Source of the DNA: a virus
Taxonomy: Duplodnaviria > Caudoviricetes
IMG/VR virus record: IMGVR_UViG_2675903043_000002
Coordinates: 35,347-99,346 of that record
Direction: 5' to 3' (one strand)
Length of the DNA stretch: 64,000 nucleotides
A model generated the notes under the pieces. It ran no database searches. It was not told the DNA's origin and saw only the letters and a list, made by a program, of their open reading frames with translations. Shown here piece after piece: positions 37,651 to 49,105 of the stretch (its first letter is position 1; the number at the start of each line of letters is the position of its first letter). The translations under genes were made by a program, and so were the position numbers.

Positions 37651-38121
37651 TCACACGATAAAACGTGCTACTGTTCCCACTACCACTCCCCACACCTGCA
37701 ATTCCTCATTCTCGCGAAAACGGATGGGGGGATAAGCTGGATTCTCAGCGTGCAGTTCGATCACGCCATTGCAGGCATACAATCGCTTGACAGTATATTC
37801 ATTGTTAATCACTGCCAATACAATATGCCCGTGTTTAGGTTCGACTGAGCGATCGACCACCAGCATATCGCCATCGTGGATATGGGCACCCGTCATGGAA
37901 TTACCGATGACACGAAAGAAATAGGTCGCTGCTTTGTTACGTATCAGATAACTATTGAGATCCAGCTTTTTATCAATATAATCTTCTGCAGGAGATGAAA
38001 ACCCAGCGGGAATTCGATACTGCAATAATGGCAGCATACAAACGGCAGGATCAATTTCGGCTCGCTGTAAGCAAGGGGGCGCAAATGCGCTCGTAGGCTT
38101 AAAGGGAACGATGGTGGTCAT
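37651..38121 (-). CDS. umuD: UmuD (S24 autopeptidase)
   Basis: AGF.SPA cleavage site, GNSM Ser, TVKRL Lys. Confidence 0.92.
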   Translation of the reverse strand: MTTIVPFKPTSAFAPPCLQRAEIDPAVCMLPLLQYRIPAGFSSPAEDYIDKKLDLNSYLIRNKAATYFFRVIGNSMTGAHIHDGDMLVVDRSVEPKHGHIVLAVINNEYTVKRLYACNGVIELHAENPAYPPIRFRENEELQVWGVVVGTVARFIV

Positions 38122-38195
38122 GATGGGTCCTCCTTAATAGATGATGATGCCGATAGTATAAAACACTCATTTGACTAACCAAAATGTGAGGAGAT

Positions 38196-38870
38196 ATGTG
38201 CGGACGGTTTGCCCTGGCTTATCCTCGCTCCCAACTGATCGACTGGTACCACGCAGTGTCGATGCCGGAGATGGAGCCGCGCTATAACATTGCACCCGCA
38301 ACCGATATTCTGGTCATCCGGGACAGCGACAAAGGCCGACAAGGAGCGATGATGCGCTGGGGGCTGATTCCTCCTTGGGCCAAGGACACCAGGAAGCTGC
38401 CCCTGCTGTTCAATGCTCGTGCCGAATCATTGGCAAGCAAACCCATGTTCAAACAAGCGTTTCGCAGACAACGCTGTCTCGTTCCTGCTTCCGGATTCTA
38501 TGAATGGAAAAAGTCGGCAGAGGGAGCTGGCAAGCAACCATTCTATATTTCTGCCAAAGACGGCCCACTTTCCTTCGCAGGGCTATGGGAAACCGCAACG
38601 ATCGATGAAATAGTCATCCATAGCTGCACGATCATCACTACGGACAGTAGCAACTTGATGCGCCCAATTCATGATCGCATGCCAGTGATTCTTCCGCGCG
38701 AAGCATGGGATACCTGGTTAACCGCTTCACAGTTACCGGATGAGGTTCTTTTGTCATTACTGCAACCTTATTCTTCAGAACAAATGCAGTTATGGCAAGT
38801 CTCTCCTGCTGTGGGGCGAGTAAGTCACGAGGGAGCGCAGCTGATTCAGCCGATCAACAATCCAGGATGA
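38196..38870 (+). CDS. SOS response-associated peptidase (SRAP, YedK/HMCES family)
   Basis: [30 protein letters not shown]. Confidence 0.95.
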   Translation: MCGRFALAYPRSQLIDWYHAVSMPEMEPRYNIAPATDILVIRDSDKGRQGAMMRWGLIPPWAKDTRKLPLLFNARAESLASKPMFKQAFRRQRCLVPASGFYEWKKSAEGAGKQPFYISAKDGPLSFAGLWETATIDEIVIHSCTIITTDSSNLMRPIHDRMPVILPREAWDTWLTASQLPDEVLLSLLQPYSSEQMQLWQVSPAVGRVSHEGAQLIQPINNPG

Positions 38871-41065
38871 GCACTCCCTCGAATTCACCTCATAGTGCGG
38901 ACAATCCTCTGGAAAAACTGCAGGGATCGGTCGAGCGCGTCACCTTTCATAGTGAATCCTCGGGTTTCTGTGTGTTGCGCGTCAAGGTTAAAGGTCAGAG
39001 AGAACTCATCACGGTGATTGGTTCAGCAGCTTCGGTCACAGCAGGTGAATACATCGAATGTGCAGGCTTCTGGGTCAATGACCGGCAGCACGGTCAGCAG
39101 TTTAAAACGATCTCGATAAGAATCGTGCCCCCGACTACCCTGGATGGGATAGAGAAATATCTGGGCTCCGGCATGATCAAAGGAATTGGCCCGCATTTTG
39201 CCAGGAAATTAGTCAAAGCCTTTGGAGCGGAGGTGTTTGATGTGATCGAACTCACACCAGAGCGGCTGTTGACCTTACCTGGCATCGGCAAGAAACGGTT
39301 AGAACGCGTCACCAGTGCCTGGGCTGAACAAAAAGTCATCCGTGAAATCATGGTATTCCTGCAATCGCATGGTGTAGGCACCTCACGTTCGGTGCGTATC
39401 TACAAAACCTATGGTGAACAAGCCATCGAAAAAGTCAGAGAAAACCCCTATCGGTTGGCTCTGGATATTCACGGCATTGGCTTCAAAACAGCCGATACGC
39501 TCGCACAGAAGCTCGGAATTGCACCGGATTCCCTGATCCGGGCACAAGCCGGCGTGCGTCATGTATTGCAGGAATGGTCAAACGAAGGACATTGTGCCGC
39601 AGCACGCGATATGTTGCGCGATATGGCCGTGAAGCTCTTGGAAATACCTGCACCGGTGATCGAGGAAGGCATCACTGCCGAACTCGTGGAGGGCAATCTG
39701 ACAGCGGAGACCATCGATCAGCACGAATTCATTTTTCTGACCCCGCTTTATCGAGCCGAAGTGGGATGCGCCAATCACCTGCTGCGCCTCAATCAAGGCC
39801 AGCCGCCCTGGGGGGCTATTGATGCCCAGAAGGCGATTCCCTGGGTCGAAGAACAGACGGGGCTGACTTTATCAGTATCACAACGCGCAGCCATCGAATT
39901 GATGCTGCAGCATAAAGTAACCGTGATCACGGGCGGCCCAGGGGTGGGCAAGACCACGCTGGTGAACAGCATCCTGAAGATCCTGAAAGCCAAACAAGTC
40001 CATATCGCCCTGTGTGCGCCTACCGGCAGAGCAGCCAAGCGGCTTGCTGAATCCACCGGACTGGAAGCCAAAACCGTGCACCGCTTACTGGAGTTTGATC
40101 CTGATATCTTTGCTTTCAAGCATAACGAAGAATTTCCGCTCGAACTCGATTGCCTGGTCATCGATGAATCCTCCATGATGGATGTGACGTTGATGAACCA
40201 GTTGTTAAAAGCCGTGCCCTCAAAGGCAGCCCTATTGATTGTGGGTGATGTGGATCAACTACCGTCCGTGGGGCCGGGCGCGGTATTGGCGGACATTATC
40301 GACTCGGGAAGAATTGCCACCGTCAGGTTGACTGAAATCTTCCGGCAGGCGAGCACTTCAAAGATCATTACCAATTCGCACCGGATCAACCAGGGGCTGT
40401 TACCGATCACCCATAATGCTCAGGATTTGAGTGATTTTTATTGCCTCTATGCTGAGACACCGGAGGAGATTTTTGCCAAATTGATGCAAGTTGTTTTAGA
40501 GCGTATACCGCAACGCTTTGACCTGCATCCCGTCAATGACATACAAGTGCTGGCACCGATGAATCGAGGGGGGCTGGGCGCACGCTCACTCAACATTGAG
40601 CTGCAGCAGCGGCTGAATGGGGCAAGTGAACCCAAGGTTACTCGTTACGGTTCGGTTTATGCGCCAGGTGACAAAGTCATCCAGCAAGTCAACAACTATG
40701 ATAAGGAAGTATTCAACGGCGATATTGGGGTGGTGCTTTCGGTAGACGTTGAAGAGAGCCTATTGCAAATCCAATTTGATGAGCGCATTGTTGATTACGA
40801 ATTTAATGAGCTTGATGAAATCTCTTTGGCCTACGCGATCAGTATCCATAAAGCACAAGGCTCAGAATATCCTGCTGTGGTTATCCCCTTAGCGATGCAG
40901 CATTACATGCTTCTGGAGCGAAACCTGCTCTATACCGGGGTTACCCGTGGCAAGCAGCTGGTCGTCATCATTGCGCAACCCAAAGCATTAGCGATGGCGA
41001 TTAAGACTCAACGTTCACAACGCAGGGTCACTAATCTAATTTCCCGTCTCTCAGCTAATGGCTAA
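38867..41065 (+). CDS. recD2: RecD2-like ATP-dependent helicase
   Basis: Start ATG 38867; HhH motifs, [33 protein letters not shown]. Confidence 0.93.
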   Translation: MSTPSNSPHSADNPLEKLQGSVERVTFHSESSGFCVLRVKVKGQRELITVIGSAASVTAGEYIECAGFWVNDRQHGQQFKTISIRIVPPTTLDGIEKYLGSGMIKGIGPHFARKLVKAFGAEVFDVIELTPERLLTLPGIGKKRLERVTSAWAEQKVIREIMVFLQSHGVGTSRSVRIYKTYGEQAIEKVRENPYRLALDIHGIGFKTADTLAQKLGIAPDSLIRAQAGVRHVLQEWSNEGHCAAARDMLRDMAVKLLEIPAPVIEEGITAELVEGNLTAETIDQHEFIFLTPLYRAEVGCANHLLRLNQGQPPWGAIDAQKAIPWVEEQTGLTLSVSQRAAIELMLQHKVTVITGGPGVGKTTLVNSILKILKAKQVHIALCAPTGRAAKRLAESTGLEAKTVHRLLEFDPDIFAFKHNEEFPLELDCLVIDESSMMDVTLMNQLLKAVPSKAALLIVGDVDQLPSVGPGAVLADIIDSGRIATVRLTEIFRQASTSKIITNSHRINQGLLPITHNAQDLSDFYCLYAETPEEIFAKLMQVVLERIPQRFDLHPVNDIQVLAPMNRGGLGARSLNIELQQRLNGASEPKVTRYGSVYAPGDKVIQQVNNYDKEVFNGDIGVVLSVDVEESLLQIQFDERIVDYEFNELDEISLAYAISIHKAQGSEYPAVVIPLAMQHYMLLERNLLYTGVTRGKQLVVIIAQPKALAMAIKTQRSQRRVTNLISRLSANG

Positions 41066-41125
41066 AATAGTCAATGGAATAATGAGGGCTTGTATCTGCA
41101 CAAAATATTTGGAGAGGATGATCTA

Positions 41126-41983
41126 GGGTCTGTTGACGTTTTGAGGTAAATATTTCGTTAATAGAAGCAAACTCGTAATATTGAAAGATTTTCACACCAC
41201 CAACAAAACGAGTTTGCGATGCCCCGACTGATGCTTAGTGATGAATTCTGGTCGAAGCTGGAGAAAATTCTGCTTCAAGAAGCGATTTACAACAAGCGCA
41301 ATTTGCGCATGACGGTAGAAGGTGTGCTATACCGAATGCGGGTGGGTTGTCCATGGCGGGACTTACCCGAGGTTTTTGGATGCTGGAACTCTATCTATAA
41401 GAGATTCAATGCTTGGTCATTCAGTAACAAGTGGAGTAGAGTTTTCAAGGCGCTGATTATTGATCCAGATTGGGAGTGGGAATTTATTGATGGTAGTTAC
41501 GTTAAAGCGCATCAGCATAGTGCGGGAGCGGTAGGTCAAGAGCCGCAGGCTATCGGAAAAAGCCGCGCTGGCAACACTACGAAAATCCACCTTGCCGTTG
41601 ATAGTTGTGGTTTGCCGGTTGAATTTGAAGTTACCGGTGGGAATGTGAATGATTGCTCTATAGCACCGAAGCTGATTGCCAAGTTACCTGATGCGCAGGC
41701 AATTGTGGCGGATAAGGGCTATGACAGTGAGTACATACGTGAGCAAATAATAAAGAAGGGAGCCAGGGCTGTGATCCCAAGAAAGCACAATTCACTGAAA
41801 GGTAACAAAGATATGGATTGGGGTTTGTATAGATATCGGCATTTGGTGGAAAATGCCTTTGCCCGATTAAAGCAGTATCGAGCAGTAGCAACACGATACG
41901 ACAAGCTGAAAAGAAATTACGAAAGTATGATAGCTATCGCGTGCGGATATCTGTGGCTACCTATGTGAAATGTCAACAGACCC
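41126..41983 (+). mobile_element. IS5-family insertion sequence
   Basis: Perfect IRs GGGTCTGTTGAC / GTCAACAGACCC, each flanked by TA (CTAG target). Confidence 0.9.
41219..41968 (+). CDS. IS5-family transposase
   Basis: GCPWRDLP, IDGS, ADKGYD, YRYRHLVENAF, ATRYDK. Confidence 0.93.
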   Translation: MPRLMLSDEFWSKLEKILLQEAIYNKRNLRMTVEGVLYRMRVGCPWRDLPEVFGCWNSIYKRFNAWSFSNKWSRVFKALIIDPDWEWEFIDGSYVKAHQHSAGAVGQEPQAIGKSRAGNTTKIHLAVDSCGLPVEFEVTGGNVNDCSIAPKLIAKLPDAQAIVADKGYDSEYIREQIIKKGARAVIPRKHNSLKGNKDMDWGLYRYRHLVENAFARLKQYRAVATRYDKLKRNYESMIAIACGYLWLPM

Positions 41984-41985
41984 TA

Positions 41986-42480
41986 GTGAACCTCATATAT
42001 TTTAAGAAAATTTTATTCCTGGTATTACTCTACCTCGCGTTCTTGCCATTATTTGCGGCGGCCCAGGAGCATATTGGGCGGGTCGTAGGTGTATCAGATG
42101 GAGACACACTCACAATTCTGGATGACCGAAAACAGCAGATCAAAGTACGTCTCGCTGAGATCGATACGCCCGAATCAGCCCAGCCTTATGGAACGCGTGC
42201 AAAACAGGAATTATCTCATCTTGTTTTCGGCAAGACCGTATTGGTCAAAGTACAGGATATCGACCGCTATGGGCGTACGGTTGGACGCGTCTATGCAGGC
42301 GACATTGATGTCAATGCAGAAATGGTCAGAATTGGTGCTGCCTGGGTATATCGGAAGTATGCTAGTGATCAGAAGCTCTACGCTTTGGAAAAACAAGCTA
42401 GGCAGAATGGCGCAGGGTTATGGAGTCTACCGGAAGCTCAGCAAGTTCCACCTTGGGAATGGCGAAAAACAAGAAGATAA
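41986..42480 (+). CDS. Secreted thermonuclease (SNase family)
   Basis: Signal peptide, DGDT, VRLAEIDTPE, DRYGR, PPWEWR; GTG start 41986. Confidence 0.9.
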   Translation: MNLIYFKKILFLVLLYLAFLPLFAAAQEHIGRVVGVSDGDTLTILDDRKQQIKVRLAEIDTPESAQPYGTRAKQELSHLVFGKTVLVKVQDIDRYGRTVGRVYAGDIDVNAEMVRIGAAWVYRKYASDQKLYALEKQARQNGAGLWSLPEAQQVPPWEWRKTRR

Positions 42481-42879
42481 GGCATGAAATCAGGTTGTTC
42501 CAGATTCGTTACTCTGAAGTCGGAGAAACCAAATACCTCGATAGCTTTATCCAACAGCCCGAGGATTCTCGCGGGGTCGGCGTCTTTGATGTCCCTGTGC
42601 AGGCGCAGGTACTCGTCGGATCGGATAATTTGGCGTGGAATTTGAGGCAATGGCTGCTACCCATTTTTAGCCCTTTTTCCCGTGGCTAAGGGTGCGAGCT
42701 ATTGAACCTTCTAATATAAAGCAGAATCAGGTAAGCTACATTTTTTCTAGCCATTCATTTCTCAGAAGCCTTGTCTAAACCGCTTTTGTTGGATATTTTT
42801 TTAGGGACGACTAATTAGGAATAAGATGAGCAGTTTCCCGGGTTATCCGAACAAACCTAATTTTTACCAGGGCTAATGC

Positions 42880-43034
42880 TGTGGCTCAGATTGAGAAATA
42901 ATGAGAAAAAATAAACAATGCATGTTAAGAACTGGAGTCTGGCGATGAATCAATTTGCTACTTTATTTGAGAGACGGATGTCGATTCTGGGACTATCACA
43001 AAATTCTCAACTACACAAAATTCATGACAGCCCC
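42880..43034 (+). mobile_element. IS256-family 3' end remnant
   Basis: Degenerate ...TMHVKNWSLAMNQFATLFERRM followed by IR-like TACACAAAATTCATGACAGCCC. Confidence 0.55.
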
Positions 43035-43095
43035 TTAAAATTAAAAATGGAGGAAGCATTTACAAAATTTTGTTAGTTTCCTATTAGCTGAACAG

Positions 43096-44745
43096 TTAAG
43101 ATATTTTGGGTTTTGCCAAAAATATATCTATGAGAGCATCGGCATATGACTGAAGTTGCTTGCATCTCTTGGATTTCTTGAGAATTTTGGGCTTAGTTTT
43201 TTTATCTAAGGATTTACAATCCTCGCCATAAAGCTGTTTACCATCACTTTGAAATGCGCCGCTATCGTCACGACCGTAAACTTCGACAGTTATCACCGGA
43301 GCACCATCTCGATTACCGGGATCCTTTTCTTTCTTTATAGAAACTGGTCCCCAATCTCCAAAAGAGAAGCCGTCCGGTGGGGCTGCTGAAGCAGCGTAAC
43401 GAATTACCGGGGGGTTAACACCGCCAGAGGAAGATCCCTTTAAATGATTTCCAGGGACAAGCCCTTTATCTATCTTCTTGGCTATCTCCAGAGCCAGACG
43501 GTCATCCTTTCTGCCCTCGGAGGTAAGAGCACTGATAGTGTCCTTTGCCACAGGCTGGAATCCCACAAGCTCTAATTTTTTAGCTACTGCCTGTGCCTTA
43601 GCTAATGATTCGGTGTGACGTTTCTTTTCCTTGCGGAAACTTTTGGCAACCTCTTTAATCTCTGTTATTTCGGCCTCAGTTACAGGATACATTTTCCGAA
43701 TGCCTAATTCTAGAGGAGCCCAGAACTCGTCCGTTGTACCGTCGCTCATAGTTAAATCGATCTTATTGCCATTAAGCGTGAGAGTTAAAAAGTTGTTCCC
43801 GGATGATAGCCTGATTGTCTCAGTCCCCGCAATTTTTTGCACTGCGGCTTGGCTTATCCAGTCAATCGCATAAGTTTTTTTAAGAAATTCGATGAGTCTC
43901 ACGACTTCTCCGGGGTTGTCCGGGAGCATTTTCCACCAGAAATAATTTTTAGATAGCCATTCATACATTTGTTTTATTAATCCAATAACAGGACTGGCTG
44001 GTTCCAAAGCAAAATTGAACTTGCAGTTGTCGGTTCCGAATATGAGTGGTTCATCATTAGAAGTCAGAGGCTCTAAGGGATTTCTCTGACCAACTCGTTT
44101 ATCATATTCATACCTGGGATCAACAAAAATCCCAGGTGCATCAATGCCGTAATCTGGTTTATTGCCGAAACCGGGTTCCTCGCGAACAAACATTGCGTGA
44201 ATGCTTGCTATACGCTTCGGTTTGAGCTTCTCAACCAGTTCCAAAAGTGCCTTGGTTTCCGCTAAAAGGGGAACTTTCTCCGGCAGATCTTCATTATTGG
44301 CTCCTTTTTTTATCGGATTTCCGTCTGGATCGACTGGACCTGATTTCTGGCTCAAGTCGCTAAACGGCTGTCCCGGCGGAGGGAATTGCCTATTGGGCGG
44401 GATAGAGTAGTAATTTTTGTCGCCCTTAAATTGCCAAGCGATCTCCCTACCGCCTCGGGATGTCTCACACTGCTTTTTAAGCTCTTCATTCTTCGACTTG
44501 GCTTTCTTATCGAGGCACTGCCGAGCGAGTCCGACTGATTTGGGGTAGACCTCCGGCACAATAACAGTAGTGAAATAAGGCTTCCAACCAGCCTTCCCTT
44601 TTTTCTTCTCATTTCCGGTCAGCTTTTGTAGCTTGACGAGTAGCCATCGTGCCACCTCAACACCTGAGAGTTCGGAGCCATGGATTCCTGCAACTATGAG
44701 CGCAATATCCTGAACTTTGCCAGTAAACTTGTATGATTTGATCAT
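43096..44745 (-). CDS. M14-family zinc peptidase-like protein with a large insertion
   Basis: AGIHGSE, PNRQFP, SIHA, VITVEV. Confidence 0.7.
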   Translation of the reverse strand: MIKSYKFTGKVQDIALIVAGIHGSELSGVEVARWLLVKLQKLTGNEKKKGKAGWKPYFTTVIVPEVYPKSVGLARQCLDKKAKSKNEELKKQCETSRGGREIAWQFKGDKNYYSIPPNRQFPPPGQPFSDLSQKSGPVDPDGNPIKKGANNEDLPEKVPLLAETKALLELVEKLKPKRIASIHAMFVREEPGFGNKPDYGIDAPGIFVDPRYEYDKRVGQRNPLEPLTSNDEPLIFGTDNCKFNFALEPASPVIGLIKQMYEWLSKNYFWWKMLPDNPGEVVRLIEFLKKTYAIDWISQAAVQKIAGTETIRLSSGNNFLTLTLNGNKIDLTMSDGTTDEFWAPLELGIRKMYPVTEAEITEIKEVAKSFRKEKKRHTESLAKAQAVAKKLELVGFQPVAKDTISALTSEGRKDDRLALEIAKKIDKGLVPGNHLKGSSSGGVNPPVIRYAASAAPPDGFSFGDWGPVSIKKEKDPGNRDGAPVITVEVYGRDDSGAFQSDGKQLYGEDCKSLDKKTKPKILKKSKRCKQLQSYADALIDIFLAKPKIS

Positions 44746-44786
44746 CTTATCGTATGCCTGGCCTTGATAATAACGACGAAAACACC

Positions 44787-47522
44787 CTAGACCAGATCAA
44801 CCTGACGGCCTGATTTAGGATCGTATTTCACTTCTACTGCTGCCACCTGATCGGTAGGGAGGATCTCCACCCATTGGTCGAATACCTCGAAGTAATCATC
44901 ATTACCAACATTGGCTTTAAATCCTCCCTGTAAAGGATAAAAACCGTGTTCATAAACCTTGTCGACCGGCGTAGCTGTAACCTTATTGTCTGCATCTTCA
45001 GGATCAGAGATTGAGGAGGTTTTCATCGAATCAGTATGTTTCTTAGTGACTTTTTCTGCAAGTATCTCCAAGACTTGGAGCATTGTTTTTCCCTGCAAAT
45101 CAGGCTCATCGCCGGTATACATATCGTTTTCCGTAATACCGTTCACCCCCTCGATCTGCTTCAGCCAATTTAACGCCGCTTTTTCTTTTCCGGGACGGAT
45201 CGGGATCACGGCTTTTACCCATGGCGCATTGAGAAAAGCGTTCCGCATGTTATCACCATCAAGCTGCAGCAGCCAGCCCAGTGAACTTCCCAACTTGGCG
45301 GGGATCGACTCCTCGGTAATGTAGTAATTATCCGCTCTCGCCTCATTAATACCGCCCCAGCCAACCAGGTCTTCACTCGTGATGGTATTGATTAAATTAG
45401 GTTTCATTTCCGGTTTGCCGTCACTACCAGCTTTACCTGTGGATATTAAAGCCCCGAAGGTTTGATTATAATGCTCTCGCGGCTTCCACCACTCAGGCGC
45501 CACGAAGTACAGCATTTTATCCACGTCGAAAATGGAATTGATCAGCTCGGAAACGATATGACGGGTTCGGTCATCCGGCTGGGGAATTATATTTTCAGGC
45601 GCAAGGAGGTCCTGGATTAATCTACGATAGATGACAATTCTTTCCTCTTCCCTTAACTCTTCGTATTTACGCGGTTGAATATTACTTGCCGCTTTTATTC
45701 TGTCTCTGGCAGCATCGACAAACTCCTTGCGATACGCCGATTCTTTTTTAGCGGTATACTGGGCTAGTTTCTTGTCATCCTCTTTTTTGAGAGCATTCAG
45801 ATCTTGATTCGGTTCCCAGTATAATGTAGCTTCAATATTTATTGTGTTCTGTCCATGGAAATGAACATAATCCAGATGGACAGTGAATGTACCCTTATTG
45901 GAACTCTTATCAGGATTTGTAGGATCAAAGTCTCTTACCGAAAGTTTGGCATCCGCGCCCTGAGGTTGCAGCACTACGTCCGCAAGATAATATTCGGCTT
46001 CTTTACAAATAACCTTTTGCAGAAATTCATATTCGATGTACTCATCATAATTAGAATACTCAGCGCCGTGAGTGTAACCTTGATCATTGTCACTTGTGCT
46101 TTCATTCACAGGTATAAACGGAATTTGAATATTGACCTTCTCGATAAACGGTTTCTTTGGCACTATCTGCTCTGGATTCGGTATGTTATCCGTCTCAGGA
46201 GATTTTGCTACATGGACTAGGTTAGCGATCCCCAATTCAGCCCCTGGTTCATCGACATAGGTTTGCCAGCAAAGGTAAGTCCCCACGTCCTGGACCTGCA
46301 CTCCGACCTGTCGCATCTTCCGTCTGAGTTCATAATTAATCAGTCCTTCTGTATTATTGACTAGCGAATAGCGTTTACTGGTGGTATCGGTATACTCGGT
46401 AGTGGTTTTAAAAGTAGATTTGTAGTTTTTCCGAATTTCAGTAGACAGCTTTGAAGATTGCTGGCGCATGTGCTTGTGAGCTTGCTCTCGGGCAGTCTGC
46501 TGCGTACTGTTCATATCAAAGCTAGCTGATTGGGTGGAACTGCCCCAAATCCAGTTCTCCTGGGCTGTGACACTGGCTCCAAACTTGGTCTCATTCCGAT
46601 TCTCCTCTTTTACTGCATCCGAAATTTCATCTTGTTCCGTTAAAGCAGCCTCGGTCTTAACAACATTCTCAGTCTGCATTTGCAGTTCTTTTTCCACGAT
46701 GGTCTTGCGAGATGATAGTTCAATTAGTTCCACGCTTGAACCAGGACTAAGCCAGATATGCCCTACCGGCGTACCCAGAAATGTATCAAATTCGTAAAAA
46801 TACTGCCGAAATAAGTGAACGATTCCAATCGGCGACAGACCGACACGGTCTAATTCCTTTTTTGGGTCAATATAATCAAGAGGATTCTTGGACTGCAGTT
46901 TAGCGATCCATGCATTAACTTCAAACTGAGACTTATAGAAAATTTGTTTCAGGTAATCAAATTGCTCATTCTTAACTAGATCCAGCAGTAAGCCGGCAAC
47001 TACCGATTCTCGATTGATCCTATCCTTTAGGGACTGAATTCTAGCCTCCTGAATTTTTTCTCCTGTGGATATTACTGTTTTTACGGATACAGGCATTTTG
47101 CCCCCGGACATCCATCTGGTAGCTTGTTCCTTGACAGAAGTATTTAATAAATGGTTGAGTGAACCAGCATTTATGGTAGTTTTCCATTTTTCAGGGGTTA
47201 TTTCTTGTTCCACAGGGAGCGCTTTCCTGATCTCGTTCAATATTGCCGTATTAAAGCTGCGGGCAGTGCCGGACATTTCAGCGATATTGATCTTTCCTAT
47301 ATTGTCAAAGTTCGAGTTCTCATTGAAGTGGATCTGAAAATTACCTTTATAATGCGCAGCAAGGGTATTCATTAAAGCGAATTTATCGGCATAAAAGCCT
47401 TTGTCCATCTGGTTCTGAATTCGTTGGGATTTCCAGCCCAGCAAAGGCTGATAGACCCCAAAAATCTCGCTAGCGTACGGCAAGGTATTTGTAAATTCTT
47501 TGAGATCGACTGACTTCTTCAT
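44787..47522 (-). CDS. 911-aa hypothetical protein, possible beta-pore-forming toxin
   Basis: Central S/T-rich alternating stretch (TKFGASVTAQENWIWGSSTQSASFDMNST...FKTTTEYTDTTS). Confidence 0.6.
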   Translation of the reverse strand: MKKSVDLKEFTNTLPYASEIFGVYQPLLGWKSQRIQNQMDKGFYADKFALMNTLAAHYKGNFQIHFNENSNFDNIGKINIAEMSGTARSFNTAILNEIRKALPVEQEITPEKWKTTINAGSLNHLLNTSVKEQATRWMSGGKMPVSVKTVISTGEKIQEARIQSLKDRINRESVVAGLLLDLVKNEQFDYLKQIFYKSQFEVNAWIAKLQSKNPLDYIDPKKELDRVGLSPIGIVHLFRQYFYEFDTFLGTPVGHIWLSPGSSVELIELSSRKTIVEKELQMQTENVVKTEAALTEQDEISDAVKEENRNETKFGASVTAQENWIWGSSTQSASFDMNSTQQTAREQAHKHMRQQSSKLSTEIRKNYKSTFKTTTEYTDTTSKRYSLVNNTEGLINYELRRKMRQVGVQVQDVGTYLCWQTYVDEPGAELGIANLVHVAKSPETDNIPNPEQIVPKKPFIEKVNIQIPFIPVNESTSDNDQGYTHGAEYSNYDEYIEYEFLQKVICKEAEYYLADVVLQPQGADAKLSVRDFDPTNPDKSSNKGTFTVHLDYVHFHGQNTINIEATLYWEPNQDLNALKKEDDKKLAQYTAKKESAYRKEFVDAARDRIKAASNIQPRKYEELREEERIVIYRRLIQDLLAPENIIPQPDDRTRHIVSELINSIFDVDKMLYFVAPEWWKPREHYNQTFGALISTGKAGSDGKPEMKPNLINTITSEDLVGWGGINEARADNYYITEESIPAKLGSSLGWLLQLDGDNMRNAFLNAPWVKAVIPIRPGKEKAALNWLKQIEGVNGITENDMYTGDEPDLQGKTMLQVLEILAEKVTKKHTDSMKTSSISDPEDADNKVTATPVDKVYEHGFYPLQGGFKANVGNDDYFEVFDQWVEILPTDQVAAVEVKYDPKSGRQVDLV

Positions 47523-48359
47523 ATAACCCCCTGGGATAACTTATAGTTGATCTATTACTGAATAAACAACAAGGCGTATAGGAAAAAATAAATACCTTTT
47601 TAATAAAAACCGAATCGCGACAGGAGTCTACATTCATGGTTTTTTGAACATTAGATACCCAAGCGCGGCCCTGTATAAAACACAGTCGCAAAGTGTATAG
47701 GAAAAATGAAAGGAAGCCTGGAGCGGCTTGCAATCCCAGCTTCCAATTAATATAGAGGCGAGAAGAGTTAACAAAGTGATGAGTGCATTCACAATACTTA
47801 GCCTCTTTTTTAATAAATAGGCTCTGGTTTATTATATTATTTACTTGGCCAACACTTTAAATCTAAAAATGGCTTTAGGTTTAACAGCTTAGATTGATCT
47901 AAGGGCCTGATTCCAAACTTAAACTAACTTAGATCAAAAAATATACTCTCTTGATGAAAATTAAAATAAGCAGAAACCTTAATTTAGTCTAAAGAAAGTG
48001 CGTAGAAAACAAGAATAGGAAGTTTCGTAAAATGATGGGCCGCCGGATTTTTTAAGTATTCCCTGCATGAGTTTTTATCGGGCGTACATGGAAGCAGCTA
48101 GCGTGGCGACCTATGATGGGTTTTCACAGCCACGTAATACTGTAATTCATGTATAGAGTGGCCAAGTATTTTATGTCCTACCCATTGGGCAGCAGTGGAC
48201 CGACGATCATGTATAAGAAAAAATAAACACCGTTTTTAATAATAATCGAATGTAGCGGAGAAACGGTTTGATCGTCAACTGAACAGAAAATTGTCCGAAA
48301 TTTGGTAAAATTTGTGTTCGATAAATAGCAAAAAAGGTTGGTTTGGTTCTCTTTTTCGC

Positions 48360-48960
48360 TATATCCGATCCCCTATAAAACGATTCAAATCCCATAAGCG
48401 GTAAAGAGTTGCTCGATGGAACAGCCCTCTCTTTTTCTGATGGCTTTGGCCTGGGCCCATTTTGGCTCAATATCATTAAAATCTGGAGAATAAGACGGAA
48501 GATATTCAAGCATATGCCCGGCATTTGCAATAGCAGTTTGGATATCCTGCCGTTTATGGAAGGTTGTGTTGTCCATGAAAATCACGCAAGCAGGCAGAAG
48601 TTTAGGCAAAAGGTCCTGCGTCACCCACGCATAGAAAATGTCGGCGGTGATATGGGCAGTAAACAAGCTTACAGTCAGGAGCGCTCCTTTGATCAGAGCG
48701 CCGATCACATTGGTTCGACCTCTTGCATGCCAATCTTTTACACCATGACAGCGTTCACCCACAGGCGCATAGCCATGCGTACTGGTATGTCGTGCGCAAA
48801 GCCGCTTTCTTCAAGGTAAACGATGACGCGGCCTTCGCGCTCATAGCCTTTAATTTTTTCCTGAAAGATACGCCGCTCTTTTTTGCTGGCCTTTAGATAA
48901 CGCAAGCTTTTTTATAAGTTACACCGCAAATTATAATCAATTTATTGGGGATATGCTATA
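48360..48960 (-). mobile_element. Internally deleted IS630-family element (copy 1)
   Basis: Ends TATAGCATATCCCCAATAAATTG.../...GGATATA; DD-E fragments MDN.TFHK and LPSYSPDFN.IE. Confidence 0.8.
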
Positions 48961-49013
48961 ACTGAATTATAAAAAATTAATAGGGAATCGCCACTTCCCT
49001 TTGTACAATATTG

Positions 49014-49096
49014 GGGTTAGGTTTCAGCCGCTGCCGGACGCGGTAGCGGCGAATGAACGGATGCTGGAGGCAATCGGCTGCAAGCCTTGGTTAGGC
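49014..49096 (-). other. Integron attC site, truncated before R'
   Basis: GCCTAAC-CAAGG-CTTGCAGCCG...CGGCTGAAACCTAAC just after the cassette stop; matching GTTAGGC core at 49614-49608 upstream of the gene. Confidence 0.75.
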
Positions 49097-49105
49097 GCGC
49101 TATGC

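Noticed and set aside
42438-42830. 70-aa minus-strand ORF and a possible IS end (TTTTTAGGGACGACTA)
   Set aside because: No recognisable motif or partner repeat; too little support
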